From NCBI GenBank assembly GCA_031416075.1, contig JANOSY010000024.1, positions 32,001 through 96,000 on the forward strand: DNA of 64,000 nucleotides, read 5' to 3'. A program made the translations under genes and the position numbers. Of this stretch, positions 10,501-20,177 are shown piece after piece. A model generated the notes under the pieces. The model had not been told where the DNA came from. It saw nothing but the letters and a program-made list of their open reading frames with translations, and did no database searches. Numbering within the stretch: the first letter of the stretch is position 1; every line of letters starts with the position of its first letter. The DNA comes from Candidatus Tenderia sp. GTDB lineage: Bacteria; Pseudomonadota; Gammaproteobacteria; Tenderiales; Tenderiaceae.

Positions 10501-10584
10501 TACCGCAGTTGCAGTGCCGACCACGCTGAACAGCGTGAAACCCAGTATCGCCGAAAATAGATAATGCACGGTTCGCTTTTTCAT
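7573..10584 (-). CDS. Secreted beta-helix protein (pectate_lyase_3 / GH55-like duplicated architecture) with C-terminal beta-sandwich
   Basis: Sec signal (…GTATA); two cap motifs STPKLQEAITDA…LYLPAGTYFVNDTL and QFNNAIDS.RKIFLRKGIYRLT; FYGLNMEH / IYGLKTE coils. Confidence 0.7.
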   Translation of the reverse strand: MKKRTVHYLFSAILGFTLFSVVGTATAVIPNAVTNPDGTEEQRKWHEYYQKGYLVVSAYTGANNTNPAISTPKLQEAITDARDNNLALYLPAGTYFVNDTLRAYTSTTSSVISKITSDDTYPIAIVGATDVNGGRLATIKVAGTSFNSGKKIVLDFKNFETKTRANNAILNPTEENFRWEQPAGGYHQLLRNVNIDCSQKTGCVGLYFNQAQDSSIENVKVIATGSEHAGIQGLPARAAGAVKIEVEGGRFGIDTYLTEAAGCNVAGATGSCRSLGNIGSTIVGVKLRGQTESAIRHTGATLTVVGFEIDTLGQPVPGITTYRNSVAHAHVGSLALVDGSIAVSGTNPAVLNYGDRLGGAGGNETFVHMKNVYVKSAAVTHTLYASRSGTQISCGESCRGAGNAISHVKELSVEHRAQTTTVGGGHVINQIGAASLTPEHVWKIGAASIPSDLISKHAWKSLPSVDDKDYVVFPAIESQTPENNYESKVYNLTVEQFNNAIDSNRKIFLRKGIYRLTSTQNYPFVKLKSDSILFGAAGHLTRIEIKVDASGVPDYFMNGCVGKNLTCNRPVISTVADTEATTYLGDLSIGVPAKDQNYDYFTALDWNAGRNSMVHIGRFYHNPSGGELTNPHDLVKIGATGGGRWYFFSRGQSKGMSHRDYRILRATNNSQPLSFYGLNMEHADSAAFAEFTSASNIRIYGLKTEWENKNDDTSGNLTDNDFLRFRNVNNVAVYGQTNFDRAPASGFSIIKFLDTGSTNFSVAQAIPDVSATGPFVLFAEGSSPDIQFPNGVGFYKKGEPNDALMEHNDIQQLQTTGYKPPRSTTGITWAGDANGFESVATNGTVNSSPLPADVVTAVAGAGNGVALDINSGSGDSTTNCGDPQHDVHHFSDFGFAIPSGRTIKGIEVKFRAKVSEGAPGGKLCVRLNDGSATWTEHTVGREKNLGDAYANYQIGGNGDLWGMSTFTPTVMNGTQFKIRISNVSPSPTQNFYLDELQVQVFYQ

Positions 10585-10674
10585 ACTTTCTCCATTTTAC
10601 GTTGATGTGCCCGCCTCAATACCAACGACATATGCACAGTTCGCACTTAGTTTTTTGCTAACCTTAAACCCTCA

Positions 10675-10970
10675 ATGACAGCCGATTCCGGCACTGAGGT
10701 TTACCAACCTCACGCATGGATTCGCCAAATCAGCCCAATAATATGACGTTGACTTTTGGTGTGCAACAACAACATAATCCCTACACACCGCAGGTCATCT
10801 TCAGCTAGAGCGATGCACATTTGGATCAGTTTGGAATTCACGGGCAAGGCCACTGTGTTTACCACGATGGTGACATCATCTGTTCTAACCATGCCGATCA
10901 CATCAAGCTGAACGATTTCAGATTCCGTACCAACGAACGATTATTTTACGAGTACGACTTCGGCGAATGC
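10675..10970 (+). pseudogene. pRiA4b ORF-3-like protein remnant
   Basis: MTADSGTEVYQPHAWIRQISPII*R*LLV, then after a frameshift DAHLDQFGIHG...RLFYEYDFGE; matches the IWRRLLV / HLHxF / YEYDFGD signature. Confidence 0.7.
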
Positions 10971-11091
10971 CTCTTTATTTATTCATACGAAAAATTTACG
11001 AGAGCATCCCCGGATGTCCACGCTTGTCAAATTTCTTCCCAATCATGTAATGTATTGGCTGTTTCAAAACATTTATTACAAGGAAAAAAGC

Positions 11092-12078
11092 ATGAAACAC
11101 TGTCAACTCATTTCTATTCTCACAGCCAGTGCATTATTGTTTTCGAGTGCATCGGCGTTCGCGCAAAATTGTACGACAACACCTGTTTACCAGCCGGACT
11201 CCACTCGGCCCGCGTTATCGGGCCGGCTCGTCTATCACAGTTACAGCACCTATGGAGACAGCACCTCGAAGCTGTACCTGTTTGACTTCCAGACTTCGCA
11301 ACTGAGTGTGCTGAGCAATAGCTGGGGCATCACTGACCCGATGAATGCGAATTTTTCTCCGGATGGCAAATGGATCACCTTCATGGGCATCCAAAACGCC
11401 AAGTGGCATGTTTTTTTGTGGCAAGTGGGATCAAGCACGCTGCCAGCGAATCTGACCGCATTATCGGACACCCGCAACGAAGACCCGAAGTTCTCCTTCG
11501 ACGGAAAGAAGATCGCGTTCAAACGGAATGGCGATATCAAGATCGCGACGATCAACTTCTCTTCCACACCGCCAGCCATCAGCAGTATTCTGCACGTCAC
11601 GAGTAACGGTTTTCAGACTGAAGAGTCCATGCCATATATGACACCAAGCGGAAAATATGTCCTGTACACGCGAGGCGCCAACACAACATTCGACATCTAT
11701 CGAACCAATTTGCAGAATATGACCACGCAAGCGCTGATAAGCACCCCTGATGTGGCTGACTACTACCCCATCGTACGCGATAGCACCAGCTTTTTTTATT
11801 CGCGTTGGGATAACGCCACCAATAAATTCGACCTGATCTATATGAATGTTCCCAACACGAACAGCAATATACAGCTCAAATTGAATCATTGCAGCTCGAA
11901 CAACTCGGACGCGGCTCCTGTCGATGAAGATTTATTGATCTTCTCAGGGACGCGTGAAGGGCGCTACAAACTCTATCTTGGCGACATCAAGACAGGAAAC
12001 GTATGGAGCCTTGATTCGCTCGGAATCAATAGCATGACGAACAACGTGCTTGGCGCGAACTACACATATCGTCGATAG
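11092..12078 (+). CDS. Secreted TolB-like / PD40 beta-propeller protein
   Basis: AAGGA RBS then MKHCQ…SASAFA signal; repeats ANFSPDGKWITF, PKFSFDGKKIAF, PYMTPSGKYVLY. Confidence 0.8.
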   Translation: MKHCQLISILTASALLFSSASAFAQNCTTTPVYQPDSTRPALSGRLVYHSYSTYGDSTSKLYLFDFQTSQLSVLSNSWGITDPMNANFSPDGKWITFMGIQNAKWHVFLWQVGSSTLPANLTALSDTRNEDPKFSFDGKKIAFKRNGDIKIATINFSSTPPAISSILHVTSNGFQTEESMPYMTPSGKYVLYTRGANTTFDIYRTNLQNMTTQALISTPDVADYYPIVRDSTSFFYSRWDNATNKFDLIYMNVPNTNSNIQLKLNHCSSNNSDAAPVDEDLLIFSGTREGRYKLYLGDIKTGNVWSLDSLGINSMTNNVLGANYTYRR

Positions 12079-12088
12079 TGATATGGCT

Positions 12089-12149
12089 ATACTGTCCCGA
12101 ATACACTGCCTCAATTAAATTTGAGGTTTAACCGGAACCGGGACAGTAT
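12089..12149. repeat. Inverted repeat at the right edge of the island
   Basis: ATACTGTCCCG (12089-12099) and CGGGACAGTAT (12139-12149) enclosing an inner CCTCAA/TTGAGG stem. Confidence 0.55.
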
Positions 12150-12198
12150 CTTCCTGATCTGTGAGTCAGTCTCTGCTAACAGGCAACGCGGAGTTAAC

Positions 12199-13629
12199 TC
12201 AGAAATGCACGGCTCGATTATCTACGGCCAGTGCCGCCTCATGCATCGCCTCAGCCAGCGATGGATGGGCGTGAATGGTGCGGGCGATATCTTCGCTGCT
12301 GGCGGAGAACTCCATGGCCAGCACCGCTTCAGCGATCAGCTCCGAGGCGTTTGGCCCCATGATGTGTACACCGAGGATGGTATCGTCTTTGGCGTCGCTG
12401 AGTATTTTGACCATGCCCACCATGTCGCCCATGGCACGGGCGCGACCATTGGCCATAAAGGGGAACACCCCCTGTTTAAAACCGACGCCCGATTCAGTTA
12501 ACTCTTGTGATGTTTTGCCAACCCATGCGATCTCGGGCCAGGTATAGATAACCCACGGAATGGTGTTGTAGTTGATGTGGCTCACTTCACCGGCAATATG
12601 TTCAGCGACGGCAACCCCCTCCTCCGATGCTTTATGTGCGAGCATTGGGCCACGCACAACATCACCAATGGCATACACATTAGGCAGGTTAGTACGACAG
12701 CGCTCATCCACCGCTATAAAACCACCGTTATCTAATGTTAATCCGATCTCTTCGGCATTTAATCCCGCTGTATTAGGTTTGCGGCCGGTTGCCACCAGCA
12801 CTCTGTCAAATTTAAGCTCCTTCTCACCTTTTTGATCTTCTATGGTGACGACCACATGACATGCAGTCACTTTCGCTGATTTGGTTTTAGTATTCAGCAG
12901 TACCTCTAGTCCCTGTCCTCGCAGCTCTTTCAACGCTGCATCAGCCAGCTGTTTATCAACCGCTGGCAAAAACTGATCACGCCTGATCAATACGGTTACT
13001 TTGCTGCCCAAACGGTTCCAGACGCTGCCAAGCTCAAGACCAATCACACCACCACCTATCACAGCCAGGGTCTTAGGTACTTCGTCAAAACTGAGCGCAC
13101 CCGTGGAGTCAACAATATGGTCACCATCCAACGGCAGGGAATCAACTATTGCTGACACCGACCCCGTAGCAATGATGATGTGCTCCGCTTCAAGGATCGC
13201 TGATTTAATCTCGTTGTTCTCTTTTTTATGGGGCGTAAATTCAATTTGTTGATTACTCAAAAGCTTGCCATGGCCTTGTAACCATGTAACTTTGTTTTTC
13301 ATGAAGAGTGCGGCGACACCCCCTGTGAGACTTTTAACGATGTCATCTTTACGTACCATCATCTGCGCCACATCAATAGCAGCGCCTTTGGATTTGATGC
13401 CGTGGTAGGCAAACTCATGTTTCAAACGGTGGTAGTGGTGCGAGGTATCAAGCAGTGCCTTGGAGGGAATGCAACCCACATTAAGACAGGTCCCCCCCAA
13501 TGAGGGTTTGTTATCACCATCGAGCCACATATCAATACAGGCAGTCTTCAACCCTAACTGTGCGCAACGGATGGCAGCCACGTAACCGCCAGGGCCACCC
13601 CCCACCACAACCACGTCATAACGGTCCAT
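12199..13629 (-). CDS. lpdA: Dihydrolipoyl dehydrogenase (E3)
   Basis: GGGPGGYVAAIR, GGTCLNVGCIPSK, HAHPSLAE; downstream of sucAB. Confidence 0.97.
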   Translation of the reverse strand: MDRYDVVVVGGGPGGYVAAIRCAQLGLKTACIDMWLDGDNKPSLGGTCLNVGCIPSKALLDTSHHYHRLKHEFAYHGIKSKGAAIDVAQMMVRKDDIVKSLTGGVAALFMKNKVTWLQGHGKLLSNQQIEFTPHKKENNEIKSAILEAEHIIIATGSVSAIVDSLPLDGDHIVDSTGALSFDEVPKTLAVIGGGVIGLELGSVWNRLGSKVTVLIRRDQFLPAVDKQLADAALKELRGQGLEVLLNTKTKSAKVTACHVVVTIEDQKGEKELKFDRVLVATGRKPNTAGLNAEEIGLTLDNGGFIAVDERCRTNLPNVYAIGDVVRGPMLAHKASEEGVAVAEHIAGEVSHINYNTIPWVIYTWPEIAWVGKTSQELTESGVGFKQGVFPFMANGRARAMGDMVGMVKILSDAKDDTILGVHIMGPNASELIAEAVLAMEFSASSEDIARTIHAHPSLAEAMHEAALAVDNRAVHF

Positions 13630-13735
13630 ATTCACTCTCCTCAATCACAGCTCAATATAGAGTTGCGCTCAGATATCGACGTTCATCACCACTCAACACC
13701 GGGATCTGTGGCCAGATGTTAATGCGCCCAACGGG

Positions 13736-14938
13736 CTATATCTGCAACAGCATACGTGCAGGATCTTCCAGCACCTCTTTCACCTTGACCAGAAACGATA
13801 CCGCTTCGCGACCATCAATAATGCGGTGATCATAAGAGATCGCGACATACATCATGGACCGGGCAACAATCTGCCCCTCTTCGACCACCGCACGGTGTTC
13901 GATCTTGTGCATACCAAGAATGGCACTCTGTGGCGGGTTCAAAATAGGTGTTGATAACAGCGAGCCGAAGGTGCCACCGTTGGTGATACTGAAAGTACCT
14001 CCACTCAGATCCTCCATCGACAACTTTCCATCCCGCGCCTTAGCTGCAAAGTCGCTCACCGCCTGCTCCAGCTCCGCCAGACTGAGCTGATCGGCATCAC
14101 GGATAATCGGCACCACCAGACCACGTTCAGTGCTCACCGCCACCCCCATATCAAAATAGCCGTGATAGATGACGTCATTACCATCAATAGAGGCGTTCAC
14201 GGCGGGAAACTCTTTCAGAGCCTCGCAACACGCCTTGATGAAAAAAGACATAAAACCGAGTTTGATACCGTGCTTTTTCTGAAACTGCTCCTGATACTTG
14301 GCACGCAGATCCATTACCGGTTTCATATTGATTTCATTAAAGGTGGTCAACATCGCCGTGGTGTGTTGCGCTTCCAACAGACGTTCCGCGATACGGGCAC
14401 GCAGACGTGTCATCGGCACACGCTGTTCCGGGCGGCCACCGGCACCAACCACACTGGTAGATATAGTAGCGCTGACAGCGGGTTGACTGCCCTGATCCAT
14501 ATGTTTAACAACGTCAGCCTTGGTGAGCCGTCCATCACGACCTGTAGCTGCAATACTGGCAGGGTCAAGTTTATTCTCTGCCACCATTTTCCGTACTGCA
14601 GGGCTGAGATCCATGGCGGCCGCTGGCTCAGCCTCTGATGCTAATGCCTGCTTAGGTACGTCAACCGCTGCCTCTTTCTCTACAACCGCAGGGGCCTTGG
14701 CATCGGTATCGATGACCGCGATCAACTCACCGCTGGTCACCACATCACCACTTATTTTTTTGATCTCAGTCAACAGACCATCTTGTGGTGCCACCACTTC
14801 AAGCATCACTTTATCGGTCTCAAGATCCACCAGATTTTCATCACGCAGCACGTAATCACCGCTCTTTTTATGCCAGCGCGCCAAGGTGGCATCGGGTATC
14901 GATTCAGACAGCACCGGTACTTTGACTTCAATCAGCAT
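13736..14938 (-). CDS. sucB: 2-oxoglutarate dehydrogenase E2
   Basis: Lipoyl ETDKV, E3-binding domain, [12 protein letters not shown]. Confidence 0.97.
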   Translation of the reverse strand: MLIEVKVPVLSESIPDATLARWHKKSGDYVLRDENLVDLETDKVMLEVVAPQDGLLTEIKKISGDVVTSGELIAVIDTDAKAPAVVEKEAAVDVPKQALASEAEPAAAMDLSPAVRKMVAENKLDPASIAATGRDGRLTKADVVKHMDQGSQPAVSATISTSVVGAGGRPEQRVPMTRLRARIAERLLEAQHTTAMLTTFNEINMKPVMDLRAKYQEQFQKKHGIKLGFMSFFIKACCEALKEFPAVNASIDGNDVIYHGYFDMGVAVSTERGLVVPIIRDADQLSLAELEQAVSDFAAKARDGKLSMEDLSGGTFSITNGGTFGSLLSTPILNPPQSAILGMHKIEHRAVVEEGQIVARSMMYVAISYDHRIIDGREAVSFLVKVKEVLEDPARMLLQI

Positions 14939-15000
14939 TGTTGGACTCCCTTTCAAGCAACTCTGTGCCGCACGCGGCATCAAAAAATGTAATTTTCAAA

Positions 15001-17877
15001 TTAATTGGTCGGGCGCAATGTGCGCTGGTTGGCTTCAGCTTTACCATTCAGCGCCGCATCTACCAACGCCGCCTGCGCCAGCTGATGCAACCGTAACAAC
15101 CCCTCGGCAGGTGCTGCATACTCTGGACGGCCGGCGTAAAAAATCTCTTGTTTGACGTTAGCCAAATCGCGCAGACGTGAATGGATAAAGTACCAGGCCC
15201 CCTGGTTTTTTGGCTCTTCCTGACACCAGACAACCTCTGTCACCTTGGTATAACGGTCAAACACAGCGGCAAGGCGCTCCTCTGGGAACGGAAAGAGCTG
15301 TTCAATACGTACTATCACGACATTTTTAAGGTTCAGCTCACGCCGCTTCTCCAACAGATCAAAGTAGACCTTACCACTGCAGGCAACAATACGTTTGACC
15401 TGCTCTGGCTTGATGACATCAACTTCATCTATCACTACCTCATACGCCCCGTCGGTTAGATCCGCCAACGTAGAGACAGAGAGCTTGTGCCGCAACAGAC
15501 TTTTGGGCGACATAATAATCAATGGTTTACGGTAAGGACGAATCACCTGACGCCGCAACAGGTGGAACATCTGCGCTGGCGTGGTGGGGTAGACCACCTG
15601 CATATTATCTTCAGCACAGAGTTGCAGATAACGTTCAAGACGCGCCGATGAGTGCTCCGGTCCCTGGCCGTCATAACCATGGGGCAGCATCATCACCAGA
15701 CCACAGAGCCGCGCCCACTTCACCTCACCGGCGCTGATGAACTGGTCAATCACCACCTGCGCGCCGTTAGCAAAATCACCAAATTGCGCCTCCCAGATCA
15801 CCAATGTTTCTGGAGAAGCGGTGGAGTAACCATATTCAAAACCGAGTACCGCCTCTTCCGATAACAGTGAATCGATCACACGAAAATGGGCTTGGTCCGG
15901 CCCCATATTTTGCAACGGTACGTAAGAGTCACGTTTTAGCTGATTATGAAAAACGGCATGACGATGGAAGAAGGTGCCACGACCGCTGTCCTGGCCCGTC
16001 AGGCGAATAGGATGCCCCTCCAGCAATAGTGCCCCGTAGGCAACGTTTTCGGCAAAGCCCCAATCCAGAGGTGCCTCACCTGCCGCCATTTTGCGGCGCT
16101 CGGCCACAATTTTGTCAGCACGGGAGTGGAGTTCAAATTCGTCCGGCATGGTGGTGAGCACCGCGCTGATCTCACGCAGACGCTCCAGAGAGATTTTAGT
16201 GGTACAGGCTTGTGTCCAGTGAATCCGCTTATAGGGACTCCAATCAACGACAAACTCCTTCTCTGTCTCACTGGTCAGTTCACGGGATACCAGCTTGCCT
16301 GCATCAAGCATAGCGCGATACTCGCGCAACATGGTATCCGCATCTTCCTGAGTAACAACCCCCTCAGCCATCAGGCGCTGGGTATACAGCTGCACCGTGG
16401 TCGGGTGTTTACGAATCGCCTGATACATAATGGGTTGCGTCACCGCCGGTTCATCGGCCTCGTTGTGGCCATGACGGCGATAACAGACCAGATCGATGAC
16501 CACATCACGCTTGTACTCCTGGCGATAGTCGAGTGCCAGCTGGGTTGCAAAAACCACCGCCTCAGGGTCATCGCTGTTTACATGGAAGATGGGGGCCTGA
16601 ATCATCCGCGCCACCTCCGTGCAATACATGGTGGAACGGGCATCCAGTGGATTGCTGGTGGTAAAACCAATCTGATTATTGATGATGATATGAACCGTGC
16701 CACCCGTGGTAAAACCCCGCGCCTGAGACATGTTCAATGTCTCCATCACTACCCCTTGACCCGCAAAGGCGGCATCACCATGAATCAGGATAGGCAATAC
16801 CTCGCTACCCTCCAGATCCCGGCGACGGTGCTGGCGGGCACGTACCGACCCCTCCACCACCGGATTCACAATCTCAAGATGGGAGGGGTTAAAGGCGAGT
16901 GCCAGATGCACCACACCCCCCGGTGTTTTCATGTCGGATGAAAAACCCTGGTGGTACTTCACATCACCACCACCGCCATTTTCAAGGTCAAAAACCCCTT
17001 CAAACTCCTGAAACAGATGGGCAGGATTTTTACCCATAATGTTGACCAGCACATTCAGACGACCACGGTGGGCCATGCCGATCACCACCTCTTTAACCTT
17101 CTGCCCACCGCCACGCCAAGCCAGCTCATCCAACAAGGGGATCAGACTCTCCCCCCCTTCCAGGGAGAAACGTTTCTGCCCCACATACCTGGTGTGCAGA
17201 TACTGCTCCAGCCCTTCAGCGGCGATCACTTTACGCAACAGGTGGCAACGGTATTCGGCAGAAAACTTGGGCTGGCAGCGGGTACTCTCGAGCTGCTGTT
17301 GAATCCAGCGCTTCTGTACCGTATCGGTAATGTGCATGTACTCAGCACCAATGGAGCCACAGTAGGTCTCCTGCAGCTGGGTAAGAATGTCGCGCAACTT
17401 TGCCTGCGGCAATCCCACCAGCGACCCAGTACTGAAGACGGTATCCATATCCGCCTCTGTCAGCGCGTGGTAACTGGGGTCAAGCTCAGAGAGTGCAGTG
17501 GGCTCCTGCAAACCCAGCGGGTCAAGGCGCGCCTGCTGATGACCACGCACACGGTATGCGTTTACAAGCTGCAATACCGCCACCTGTTTACTCTCACTCA
17601 CCGCTACTGAACAGTTGGTGGAGGTGGTCGTGGCCACCCGCTGATGTTGGGCCAATTTAATAAACTCGGCACGAATAACAGCGTGATCCACATCTGCCGC
17701 CGCCGGGCCTGGGGCACTCTGCAACTGTTTAAAGTAGACTTGCCACGTTGGCTCCACCAGCGCTGGGTCATCCAGATACTGCTGGTAAAGCTCTTCAATA
17801 AACGGCGCATTACCCCCAAAGAGGTAGCTCTGTTCTAAAAAAGCGTGGTAACGATCCTTAGATTTATCCTGGCTCAT
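15001..17877 (-). CDS. sucA: 2-oxoglutarate dehydrogenase E1
   Basis: GMAHRGRLNVL, HGDAAFAGQG, WEAQFGDFANGAQ, GPEHSSARLERYLQ. Confidence 0.98.
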   Translation of the reverse strand: MSQDKSKDRYHAFLEQSYLFGGNAPFIEELYQQYLDDPALVEPTWQVYFKQLQSAPGPAAADVDHAVIRAEFIKLAQHQRVATTTSTNCSVAVSESKQVAVLQLVNAYRVRGHQQARLDPLGLQEPTALSELDPSYHALTEADMDTVFSTGSLVGLPQAKLRDILTQLQETYCGSIGAEYMHITDTVQKRWIQQQLESTRCQPKFSAEYRCHLLRKVIAAEGLEQYLHTRYVGQKRFSLEGGESLIPLLDELAWRGGGQKVKEVVIGMAHRGRLNVLVNIMGKNPAHLFQEFEGVFDLENGGGGDVKYHQGFSSDMKTPGGVVHLALAFNPSHLEIVNPVVEGSVRARQHRRRDLEGSEVLPILIHGDAAFAGQGVVMETLNMSQARGFTTGGTVHIIINNQIGFTTSNPLDARSTMYCTEVARMIQAPIFHVNSDDPEAVVFATQLALDYRQEYKRDVVIDLVCYRRHGHNEADEPAVTQPIMYQAIRKHPTTVQLYTQRLMAEGVVTQEDADTMLREYRAMLDAGKLVSRELTSETEKEFVVDWSPYKRIHWTQACTTKISLERLREISAVLTTMPDEFELHSRADKIVAERRKMAAGEAPLDWGFAENVAYGALLLEGHPIRLTGQDSGRGTFFHRHAVFHNQLKRDSYVPLQNMGPDQAHFRVIDSLLSEEAVLGFEYGYSTASPETLVIWEAQFGDFANGAQVVIDQFISAGEVKWARLCGLVMMLPHGYDGQGPEHSSARLERYLQLCAEDNMQVVYPTTPAQMFHLLRRQVIRPYRKPLIIMSPKSLLRHKLSVSTLADLTDGAYEVVIDEVDVIKPEQVKRIVACSGKVYFDLLEKRRELNLKNVVIVRIEQLFPFPEERLAAVFDRYTKVTEVVWCQEEPKNQGAWYFIHSRLRDLANVKQEIFYAGRPEYAAPAEGLLRLHQLAQAALVDAALNGKAEANQRTLRPTN

Positions 17878-18085
17878 CCTTCAAACGCCCGTTTCTTGTT
17901 ATTCCGTATAGAGTTATGTCGTCAATGCAGACCAAAACTCAAGTTTGCAACGACGGTTTATACCGTTCCGTCATAAAACCACTCTTACAACGCCATCAGG
18001 AGGATCAAGCCGTTATCTCAAAAGAACAAAAGCCCGGAACCCCGTCAGGAACCAGGCCTGTTTCCTCCGGCAGCCCGAGATACGC

Positions 18086-20102
<2,017 letters not shown>

Positions 20103-20177
20103 AGGTATCAAGCGGGCATTCACTATGGAAGTGGAGGAATTCTAACACCCCCACCTGCCCTTGTCAGAGATTCACTA

